DNA of 64,000 nt from a virus, in the IMG/VR virus record IMGVR_UViG_3300010268_000001, one strand, 5' to 3'. Below the pieces are notes generated by a model. That model was not told the DNA's origin. It worked only from the letters and a program-made list of their open reading frames with translations, and did no database searches. The position numbers were made by a program, and so were the translations under genes. Shown in pieces: positions 32,301 to 42,100 of the stretch (position 1 is its first letter; each line of letters opens with the position of its first letter).

Positions 32301-35300
32301 ACTGTCAAAGCCTTGGAACTTTGTACCTATTGTTGTTGGTATAAATTGGTCAATGATGATATCGTATGTTCCTTTTTCTTCGTTTATACGGACTTCTCTT
32401 ACGATTGCATCGAACTTCTCTTCATAAATGCGCTTTCTTCCTCCTGCTTCTGCAATTACGTCACCTTTTCTTATAACACCTCCGGTGGCTGCCAGTTCGT
32501 CAAGCATTGATACAGGTACTTCATCGGGTTCTAAGTGTATTACTTTTTTCTGGAATACATCAAATGCCTTGGCGACGTCAGCCCTCATTAACATCATGTC
32601 GTCGTGCACAGTTGGTCTTCTTATCTGCGGAAGCTTTTCTACTTCTTCTCTGTTTACTATTGCTGCTATATCCTTATCAGTCATAAATGCAGTTCTAAGA
32701 TTCAGTGCAGTAATAGCCGGCTCTGCCCTGAAAGATTCTTCAGTGCCCATGTATATCGTGGTTAATCTTTTTAATGTAGCGTCGTCCAAGTTTGCGTTCG
32801 GGCTAAGCCTGTAATAGTTTAGCATCTGTCTTGGGTTTTCGCGTCCTGTATCGCTATAGAATCCAAATACGCCAAAAATCCTCGGATCATACTGTTCAAC
32901 ACTTAGATACCCAGATTGCAGCCTTTCACCCTTTAATGCATTGTCACCGTATTTTAGTCCAAGGGTGTCGCGCAGTATCTCTGATATTGCAGAACCCATT
33001 TTGTATTCTAGAGATGTTTCGTCAAGACCTATTCTTTTTACTATGTTGTAGCTACTGCCGCCGTATCTTACGGAGCGTATAAGAAGGTTACTGTCAAGAC
33101 CGTGTTCTTTAAATCTGTTAAGACCGATTGCTTTGCCAAGCTCAGCCCTTGTAGCGCTATATACCAGGCTATTGTAATCAATATAACCAGCTCTTGAAAG
33201 ATTTGCTTTTCTCGTGCCTGCGACAGTATCACTTATTAGCTCTCTCGAGTAGCGCGAGCCTGCAGGAACACCCTGTACTGCATGTCTGATTCTTCTTGCA
33301 GCAAGATCTGCAGCTTCACTATAACGTTTATCTTTAATGAGCTGTGATATTTCATTTATTGTGTCTTTGTACGTCAACGTGTCAAACAGCACATGCTGAG
33401 TTGTATTTAGTCTTGCCTTGCGCGTATTATAGTCAATCACTGTAGGAACAAGCATATTGACACGCGGCAAGTTATCTATATTAATAAATCCTTGGTCGTC
33501 TACTAGCGGGATAAATATACGTACGGCAGAACCGCGCATTGTTGTGTCGACAACCTGTGTTGCGGTGCTAAGGTCGTATAGCGCAAGCTCAAGACCAGGA
33601 CTCTTAGAAGATCTCGAGATCCATGCGTTTAGCCCGATACCCTTGCTTTCATACTCTCTTGCGAGCTTTCTTACCTGCTCCATTAAAGGTGTCGGGCCCA
33701 GGTTTTGCATATCCATCGCGACTTTTTCGGAAAACAGCGATACGTGCTTTGCAAGCTGTCTATCTATGATCGCAAGTTTTTCTTCGAAGTCCGGGTCGAT
33801 AATGGCGAGATTACTCTCTATCTTAAAATACCTGCGTGCATTGGCTACTACACTTGATATCGTGCTGTTATCCTTTAACTCTCTTATCGCTTTGGCACTA
33901 AGCGTTCTTGCGGTAAGTGATTCTTGGTCCTTTATTACGTTGTAGGCCTTCTTTTCGCCGACTTCTTCGATAATGTTTGTTGCGACGTTTAGTGCTATAT
34001 CATGGACGCCTCTTGTAGGATCGTCATGATAAGGAAGTACGTTATACATAGTCCTGATTACCTTTGATGCTTTATTACGCTCTATCGTACCTTCAGATGA
34101 AAGCTGCGCAACAATACCTCTTAGACGATATACGGCATCAGTTAAATTGCCTCCGTCTTCAAGGGCTATACTCATAAGACTATTGGCAAGCGTGGACGAC
34201 GTACGTGCATCTACCGTCCTATATATCTTTGATACAGGGTCCCATATCTGAGCTTGCCTGTAAAGATCAGGCAGAACCACATCTTCAACGTGTTCTCCGA
34301 GCCTATCTTTAAACAACGCCAATGCTACCGCTTTTTGGTCATTACTAAGCGCTTTAAATCTGGCATCTTCTTTTAGAGTCTTTAATATCTCATATTCTGA
34401 TTTTATACGCGGATACATGTATGCGAACTTTTCTGCCTGTGATTGGGTTAGGATGCCTTCATCAACAAGTCTTTGCGTAGCTGCGCTTGAGAGTTTACCT
34501 CCCCTCATCCGAGCTTTTATTGGCGAGCTCTGTATGTATTCATACGCGTGCATGTATCTTTCAAATAGCTTCGGTGAATCCTTTGTGCCTCTGAACATGC
34601 CGGCATATTCACGACGCGCTCTGGTTTGCATGATATATTGTCTTGTTTCTCTGTGTCTTACTGCAGAATCCATCATGACGAAGTTCTGCTGGATTGCGTT
34701 CTGTAGGTCTCTTACGTTTTCGTATGCAAGCACAGAAACTACGTCGTCATCTATGTTATGCAGCACGACACCGTAATACTTTTTTCCAGAGTATTCTGTT
34801 TCGAACTCGTTTACTATACGATGCAAGGCATGTCTGTATGTAGCAAGATTTTGATATGTTCTTGCCTTCCATCCATCTTCGGTCATTTCATATGCCATAT
34901 TAAGTGGCGTTTCAGGAGTTCTTGTTATACTGCCAATAGAAAATAGCTCTTTGACATCCTTGCCAAATACAGTTTTGGATACATCTATATCTTTAAACAC
35001 GTTTCTGCGTCTTAACATGTAGTCAAGCATATTTACTGTGCCATATACGTCTTCTGCACTTACGTGTTCTAAGAACTCGTATCCTGTCAGTGAGCGAGAC
35101 AAGGTTCCAAGGGTCGACGGACCCTGTATTGGGGCTTTTCCTTTCTTGTGCAGCTTATGCAGTGATAACGGATCTTGCACTACAGATCTTAGCCATACAT
35201 ATGTATCAAGATGCTGCGCCTTTCCTTCAAAGCCAAATATTTGAGCAATGTCTTTATTGCCAAACGAGCGCTCGAGAACAGGCACGTCCGCAGCCAAACC

Positions 35301-36164
35301 GTTATGCCAGATAAATAACGGATCTTTTTCGAGCTTGTAGCCTTTTTGCATCATGGCACGATTTATGGCAGCGCCAAGATCGGCCCGATCTATGGCATGT
35401 GATGCAGAGTCGGGTTTTAGGTTATTGAATCCGTCTTCAATTAAGTCTATGTATTTATGTATGTTATATCTCGTAACTATAGGTCTTGCTGTCTTTCTTG
35501 CTACAATACCGGTCGGGTCTATTGTATTCTTTCCTGCATAGTTTATAAGATCTGCAAGTGTTCTTAATTCGTCATCAGTCAGCTTCGGCAGCATGCCGCG
35601 TGGAGTGTCTTTTACTGTGTTTATAAGTCTTGCTATTTCATCTGCTTCGTTCTTCGGAAGCCTTACAGCGAATGATATGACGTTATCTTTGGATAGGTTC
35701 TTTATAAGCCCGTTTTCTATTTCCACGGGCATGATGGCAACTTCAACTGGCGACACAAATGACATTTTACCGCCAGCAAGCCATTCAACGTCAGCAGCCC
35801 AAATCGTTCCCTTTTGCATGCTCCTTATCCTATGGAGTGCTTCTGCCGTATACTGAGCAGGGTTCTTCCATGGGTTTAGGTTTGTTACCGACGTGGCAAT
35901 ATTGTATCTTCCTAGTACTACATTACGTGCATTTAAAATGTCGTTAATGACCTCTGGGGGCAGGATTGACTCACTGCCCCCTGCTATATTGCCACGGTTC
36001 TTGTGCAGATATCTAAGACTGCTTATGCTTGGCTGTGCAGGCTTTATAGCGCCGCCTGTTCTTTCAAAGATATTAAATTCGTCATATATCCTTTTTGCGA
36101 CCTGTGCGCGCCTTTCTGCCTTTTTAAGTTCTCTTTCAATGTAATCGGCCATCTTTTGCTTCAC
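29349..36164 (-). CDS. Single-chain two-barrel (beta/beta'-like) RNA polymerase with N-terminal DEDDh exonuclease; probable virion RNAP (2271 aa; likely start ATG 36152)
   Basis: Motifs occur in canonical order: NLRTAFM...HDDMML, IRKGDVI, IGTKFQGFDSGNKFTVG, KIGLRELEM (beta-like); then SLQRAVENL...SKGYIAENALSHRVSHSG, IRWP, NADMDGD (beta'-like). N-terminal DVE / HNGLAAD / LDT / HVSAED is a DnaQ-like exonuclease. The gene lies inside the tail operon. Confidence 0.85.
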   Translation of the reverse strand: MKQKMADYIERELKKAERRAQVAKRIYDEFNIFERTGGAIKPAQPSISSLRYLHKNRGNIAGGSESILPPEVINDILNARNVVLGRYNIATSVTNLNPWKNPAQYTAEALHRIRSMQKGTIWAADVEWLAGGKMSFVSPVEVAIMPVEIENGLIKNLSKDNVISFAVRLPKNEADEIARLINTVKDTPRGMLPKLTDDELRTLADLINYAGKNTIDPTGIVARKTARPIVTRYNIHKYIDLIEDGFNNLKPDSASHAIDRADLGAAINRAMMQKGYKLEKDPLFIWHNGLAADVPVLERSFGNKDIAQIFGFEGKAQHLDTYVWLRSVVQDPLSLHKLHKKGKAPIQGPSTLGTLSRSLTGYEFLEHVSAEDVYGTVNMLDYMLRRRNVFKDIDVSKTVFGKDVKELFSIGSITRTPETPLNMAYEMTEDGWKARTYQNLATYRHALHRIVNEFETEYSGKKYYGVVLHNIDDDVVSVLAYENVRDLQNAIQQNFVMMDSAVRHRETRQYIMQTRARREYAGMFRGTKDSPKLFERYMHAYEYIQSSPIKARMRGGKLSSAATQRLVDEGILTQSQAEKFAYMYPRIKSEYEILKTLKEDARFKALSNDQKAVALALFKDRLGEHVEDVVLPDLYRQAQIWDPVSKIYRTVDARTSSTLANSLMSIALEDGGNLTDAVYRLRGIVAQLSSEGTIERNKASKVIRTMYNVLPYHDDPTRGVHDIALNVATNIIEEVGEKKAYNVIKDQESLTARTLSAKAIRELKDNSTISSVVANARRYFKIESNLAIIDPDFEEKLAIIDRQLAKHVSLFSEKVAMDMQNLGPTPLMEQVRKLAREYESKGIGLNAWISRSSKSPGLELALYDLSTATQVVDTTMRGSAVRIFIPLVDDQGFINIDNLPRVNMLVPTVIDYNTRKARLNTTQHVLFDTLTYKDTINEISQLIKDKRYSEAADLAARRIRHAVQGVPAGSRYSRELISDTVAGTRKANLSRAGYIDYNSLVYSATRAELGKAIGLNRFKEHGLDSNLLIRSVRYGGSSYNIVKRIGLDETSLEYKMGSAISEILRDTLGLKYGDNALKGERLQSGYLSVEQYDPRIFGVFGFYSDTGRENPRQMLNYYRLSPNANLDDATLKRLTTIYMGTEESFRAEPAITALNLRTAFMTDKDIAAIVNREEVEKLPQIRRPTVHDDMMLMRADVAKAFDVFQKKVIHLEPDEVPVSMLDELAATGGVIRKGDVIAEAGGRKRIYEEKFDAIVREVRINEEKGTYDIIIDQFIPTTIGTKFQGFDSGNKFTVGLLTKEEIIRLFGEEYADIEAIVNVGVKKLPGDLLASQLNMMMYEMQTVGKITKEQIQAAVEEVLERAMGKDPVKELRKRGLRIEAINDSYRLVFPTRMIYDINVQEYINAVTEKLGGKNIITTKTGHKVLTGLMGFIRSDVADYMGGVGEEGEFVKIGLRELEMMYNRSRLHGVQTNRLLELMEGAAFQESSSFLKEGAIIREALAAASGQHRPFLEDIPTVRVVNQPQLQKGDILFSQLRLMPTESRGYLRSELRGTIVDPGLFDGKPFFLELPTPVTMSDAKGRSYTVDKALIAPLKLRGEQGEVHLNEIQKAQRQLFNAIFDYNAATDDIALAEAKDSLQRAVENLHQEYGRAIMHSKGYIAENALSHRVSHSGIFKYRTIDPNSYIYKYANTLDEGYAVMSRYDLMDMLSGVRDADKIMEMAEKEGIPMISIRWPVKDVSTMQVNMVKVLSEEAESSLPVSLKGNVWVTLGTQISQNADMDGDTHAWLLPQIAGSKAKGAMIDTQANQELLDLFKAEQRYSRLIANQKIEELAADEYLYDVLMSSDTLKAKVSMYDEIIGTEARLQKRVGIFSNMATRYRRAAEITVNSMTQEAIKDAASNPWLVTSYFMSAVEQMPISAKRLSEQLTEGTTAEQFKKYIGAVENLYAALSNFNIDEIIDQSKTLGVFKQNELGEWIFQGGVKDQAKITRAVFGRDLTEADIRTALDLIQRHTSKNVIWDSFLNVALAEPGSAVDAIRFGYDISNPSKTSPLGYYVLDKFLHFGVGDEKLIEKVDKLVPEAMSYIASKGRDIGGAFNAENISNVTGKSLYTIGQSKVDEVSEAVGSAFKGATLKGLGTAAMIAMGAWAISGMFRGPNIEHEPVEAHEDQAPSSDGTYVNPIKYAVGAPPGAGPTAYVTPKGTGYEKINVVIRGNVNRGMTNEEVAQMISDEVIRQTGINMNIKIVSEDNRQTIDRSWLQMQFTNVLKTGYAY

Positions 36165-39100
36165 CTACTCGGAAAACAAGAATGCTAAGTTATTGTTGAT
36201 TTCTCTCTTAACATCCTCTCTTCTGTCGTACATCATATTCACGTCGATATTAAGTAGGTCTGAAGGATCATCCGTTTCTTCGGTGAATATCTTTATATCG
36301 ACATCTTCTATTCCTGCGCCTGATAGAACTTTTTTGAGCGCTCCTATATCTATTGCATTGGGCAGTAACTTTCTTATTCTCGGTAGTCTGGGTGCATTCT
36401 TTGCGAATTCGACATCATCGGGCCAGAATCCAAATTCGCCGATGTCGAGCGCAGTATTTTGAACAAACTTAACCTTTATTGCTTCAAGAGAGACCCCAGG
36501 TTTCCATCCTATCCAGTCCGGCGAGGGCAGATAATGGGTAGCGAAGTATTCTTCAAGCGACGGCTTTCTGTCTAGTTTGAGTCCCCACTTAGCCTGATAA
36601 AATCTTCTCTGGTTCTTGGGTATGATCCTCAGTATCTCTTCGCGCTCTTCTGGCGTAGCTGTCATAAAGTACCTGAAGAATGGCCTGTCTTTCTTTGGTA
36701 ACGCTCTATATATAGTACGGAAGTCCCCATGCGGATCTGCTCCATAAAGCGTTGCCTGGTATTCTGTCCTATATTGTAGAGCGCGAATAGTATATGGTCC
36801 TGCGGCAAGCAGTATCCTATCGCTTGCTATATCCCTTAGTCTCGCGTTTATTGCGCTAAGGTTTTCTTTTTTTGATTCTTCGTCGTCAGAGTAGCTGACT
36901 TTAAGCCAGCGCTTAACATTTTCAAGGCGCCTTCTTTCGGAAGCAGTCTTAGCGCCTCTTTGCTCTGACATCTGTGCGATTGATTCTGGATCTATGCCTT
37001 CATATTCTATAGCAAGTTCCCTTGCTTTTTCGTATAATCCTCTATATTTGACGTATTTTAATATATCGAAGTATTCTTCTATTTCTCTTTCGATACGCCT
37101 TCTTCTTGGAATCCATGTGTAGTCAAAGTCTCCGGTTAGCCTTCTTCCGGCTTCATAGAATGCTCTTAAGCTTGCAGGTATACCTCCTATTGCTGCGCCT
37201 ATTATTGCTCCTATTTCTTTTGAATGTTTTGCTGCTCCAAATAGTGCGCCAAGTGCTGCTCCTGCAAGTGTAGAAACTAATGGTCTGCCAGCGGTAAGTT
37301 TATTTATTGTAGGCACAATCCAATCTCTAACAGGATGCGACCACGACTGCCAGTCTTTACCGTAGAGCATTTGTCTCTTATAATGCTCAAGAGGAGACCT
37401 GACTTTCAAGAACTTAGTATGGAATGGCGTATCAAGATGCGCAAATGCCTCCCAGAACTTACCTAAGGTGATTGTGTTTTCTCTGTACAGAGCATTGACT
37501 GTTACTGCGTCAGTGTCATCGAACTTGCCTTTAACGGCTCTTTCCCCGCCTATGCCAAACAGGAATCCGCCATAAGTCTTTCTTGCAAGCTTAGCCTGCA
37601 AAGGATCTCCCCATACGTCATATACGACCGCCGGCATTGTCTGCATCGTATCGTCGTTATAACGCATTAACGGGTCCTCTGCTATACCTATTCTTATCTT
37701 GTTGCCGGGTGTAATATATCTTGATATATTTGCGAGTACTTCACCATAATACTCTGATGTTTTTGCAGGAAGCTTAATACCGGCCATCCTGATAGCGACG
37801 CCGGGATATTCTTTTGTTGTAAATGTAATCGGGTCAATTACCCTTTCGATAGTAACAGTCTTCTTCTCGATTTGGTCTGCATACTTAAACTTATACGGAT
37901 ATAGATCGTATTTTTCCTTCCTCTGGCTGACCATCTCGCGGATTCTCTGAGCATCTTCATAGTCTCTGTCAGAGATCAGTTTATCCTCATGCATCATGGT
38001 TACTACTTTACTGTAATACTTATATTGCTCAGACCATGGTGCAACGTCAGCCAAAATCTTAAATCTGTCGAGTGCTCCGTACCTTCCAAAAATCGGGTCT
38101 GGATGTAGCCTGTTTATCGCTTCGTATCCGGGACCAGGAAGCCTTGCTTCGCCCATCGGTATCTTCACATATGGGTCGCCATGCTTGAAGTCAAGGAAAT
38201 ACTCAAGGCCCGGCATCCAGTCAGGCATCTGGTTGCGGATCGGATTATACTCTCTTATCTGTCTTCTTCTGTGAGGAAGAAATCTACGATATATTTCGGA
38301 AAGCTCCCCGCCTAGACCGCCAAGACCAAGATCCCAGAATGCGCGTTCAAGTGACGTCATTCTTGATGAATCTTGTAGTTGTACATGAGGAGAAGTAGCG
38401 TCTTCTATACCAAAGAAAGTATTGGCAAGGAATCCATATATACCGCCTATTTCTGTTAGCGAGTACGCTGTCTCTCCTAGGCGGTACGCAACAGAGTTAG
38501 GATCCATTGCCTTTTCAAGACTTTCTACATAGAAATGGTCTCTTAATGAAGCTACACTTCTTCCGTCAATAGGTCTTAAGTCTGCATATGATGCGTACGT
38601 CTGGTTAATAGCAGCTATTCCGCCATAACCACTACCGACGGTATATGTGTAGCCTCCGCCTCCATACTCGCCTCCTACGCCGTATCCAATTCCATAGCCC
38701 TCTCCTTCGCCTTCTTCTCGTTCAATGACACCTGGACCTATTCCGTAGCCTATGCCGCCTTCGGCCCCTTCAGGCGATACAGCTGCGCCGCCGGTACCGA
38801 ATGCAACGGGCTGTATACGCCCACCGGGATAAATCATTAGAATAGCACCGCGGTTAGTCTGTTCGGCGAAGGCTTTATACATATCATTTATTTCTTTTAG
38901 ATAGCTTTCATGTGCCCTCTTAAGATCGGGATGCTTTCTTGGAGGTTTAAAGATAAAGCTTAATGGTATATCTATGAGCGGACCTACTATCGGGATTTGT
39001 CTGAATGGAGTTCCTCCGCTCACTGGATATGGCCTTGTTTCTCTATGCTTACGTTCATAATGATACGGATCGAGCAGCGTCCTTATTCCGAAAAGATTCC

Positions 39101-42100
39101 TCGGGTTCGGGAACCAGGTATATCCCCAGTATTCTGCTTCTGAACCATAGAGGACATCTGTATACTTGGGTTCGCCCATTACTCTCCTATACCATGACGG
39201 AGCGAAGTATTCAATTCTGTCTCCGTACCATGGTGTATTAGAACCTATATCCCAGAATCTTCCCTTGCGAATAGGCTCGTAGCCTTTTTCATAGTAGTAC
39301 TTCTTTTCTTCGTAGCCAGACGAATCGCCAATTAATCCGAATGTACCATACTTGAGAGCCAATCCTATTGGGTTTTCAGATAATAGGTTAAGTCCCGGAA
39401 ATGTTCTCCTTAACTCCTGGCTCATCCAGTTAAGACCTGTTATGTCTTTGAAGCGCTGCACATCCAGCGTCATTTGTGCATACGCCCTGGCAAACGTCTG
39501 GTTGGGTTTTTCTCCACTTGGATTAAGATTGCCAAGCTCGAAGTTGATATATCTTAATCCGTAGAAGGTTGCAAGAGGTAGGAGTATACGCCTTGTAAGC
39601 AGGTTCCAAGCTATATCCTGAGCAGAACCCATGTTTTTATTGGAAAGACCAAGACCTATTGATGCTATACCTTCTTGGAGTCTATAGAAATAATGGTAGA
39701 ATCCAAAACTTGTCGTGGTGAGTCTTTCGGGATTGAATCTGCCTGCTCTATATTTCTTCGAGCCAAAACCAATCTCAGCTAGCGTGTCAAGGCCCCAGGA
39801 TTTTAGCTTGCGCCCAACTTCTCCTATCGTTCCAGAGGTAATCTCACGTATTCCGCCGCCAGACTTTATTATCTCGTTTATATCCTCTATAGTTTGTCTG
39901 GTTCTTGATATTACGCTGCCTCTTCGTATCGGTATATAATCTTCAAAGTAGAATCTCGGGCGCTCACCAGGGCCCACACCAAGAACAGGGTTAGCCTTTT
40001 TTATCATCTGTTCAAGGTGCTCTCTTATTATTTTTTGCGATTCGTTCGCTGGTTTAGTAAGAAGTCCTAGAAACTTCTCAGGTTCTGTAAGACGACCAGA
40101 TACGCCGAGATTCATCAAATCGCTTAATGTATAAAGATTAAGTATCTCGTCGGCTTGTTTTTCAGTAAGAACACCAGACTCGAGCAGATCCTTTACCAAA
40201 GAACCAACAGTTACACCTTTATCTATACTCTGCGCACGGTGTAACAGCTCCATATGTAATGTTTTCTGAGCCTGGCTTATATTTGTTATAAGCTCTGTTT
40301 TATTCGATGTGATGGATTCGAGAAAATCAGGAAGTGCAGTGTCACGGCCCCTCTTTGCTGTGCGGGCTATGCTATGTAGTGACTCTGGATCTTGTATGTA
40401 TTGTTCAAGTATTCTCTCGAACTCACGTCGTGTCCCGGGTCTTAAGCTGTCGTCCTGTATGAGCTTATATATAGCGCGGAGAGTACCTTCTTCGGTCGTG
40501 TTCTCCATTAAGATTTGATATATATCTGGATCTATATAATCCTTAAGAGTTTTGATTGTATCCCTTGACAGGCTCGTGGTCATATTGTCCACGGTATTCA
40601 GGAACTTGCTGTATGCTTTGTTTAGAAAATCTAGTACTTCTTCTTCTGTCTTGCCAAAATTGCCCTGCTCTATATTATACCATATATTTCTATCCCAGTC
40701 AAGGTTCCAGAATTTCGTAACGGCAGAGAACTTTCTCTTTAAGGCACTTTCATATTCTTGGTTACCTATATCGTAGATTTCTTTTAGATATTCAATGAGT
40801 GTACTCGGCTCTCTTGCTTCCCTTTTGGTGTATCCAAGTATAGGTGCGAGCTCCCTTTGGAATAGGCCAGTCCTCGGAGAAGCAAGAGTAATATTTTCTG
40901 CTACTACCTGACCTTGTCTATTGATAATGCTACCGCCGGAGTAGTAGTAGTCATCTATTGGTAAGTCTCTGCCTATTAACTTAATAATTGAGCCTATCTT
41001 TTCTCTTTGAAATACATGGAATGGTATGTCCTCGGCGGCCTCTCTTCCAAATACAGTAAGAAGTCTGAACGGCCTGATATTTAACAGTGGTATCTGGAAA
41101 TTTTCAGATAACGTCTTTAATGTTTTAGATGGAACCGTACGCAGGAATCTAAAGTCAAATACTTCTCCTGTTGCTCTGTTAATGAATACTAGCGGGTCAA
41201 CTATCGCATCTTCCATACCAGGTATTGTGCTTAGTGCTCTGGGCCTTACCATCGTTCTTTCAATTTTGCCGCCAGCTTTTGGAATATCTTTTGTGAGGCT
41301 TGTATAATCAAATATGCCCATCTTGACTGCGTCACTAAGAGTAAGAAGGTCGTAGTCAGGAAACATACTTTGTATTATTTTTGTTCCTGCTGTCGTGCTC
41401 TTCTGGAATCTAAGTGCAGCCTGGTCGCTTGCTTCTTTTATGACCTTTACTCTTTGTGCGATAGCTTCCCTGTTTTCTCTGATAAAGGCTTTTCTGTCGC
41501 TATATTTGATGAGAGTTTCTCTTAGATCGCTAAGCCCCGACTTTACTGCAGGGATGTCGTGGAATCTTGATGTTATCTCAAAGTGCTCCATTGCACTCTT
41601 CAAAGCTTTTTCTATTGCTTTTTCCTTGTTATACTGCGCTCCTTTGCCTTGTATGACTTCTCTTTCAAACCCAGTCGTAATGAGTCTCTTGTCTTCTTTT
41701 AACATCTTCTCTATCGCTTTGAAGAGTTCTGGGTTTTCTTTGGCCCATTCTTTTTCAGCAACATCAGACAGTACCTTTTCAAGTCTAAAGTTTAATATCT
41801 CTCTTTCAGCGATCTTCCTGTGTGAATCGGCAAGTTTGCTAAACCACTTTTCTATACGCGTAGGCTCGCCGCTTAGCGTAGGTTTACCAGCCATTTTGCG
41901 TGCCTCTGTAACCGCATGTGTCCTAAAAGACTGACGCATGTTAGCCTCGAGTGTTTCCTGCGCTCCACCCAATAGGGTCTTAAATACACCTTCTTCGCGG
42001 AATGTCTTGTTAAGGCCAGACAGATAGCTGGATGTGCGCGAGAGCGTCTGATTCATCTTGCTTACACCTTCAGACAGGAGCCCTTCTTTGTCAAGGTATT

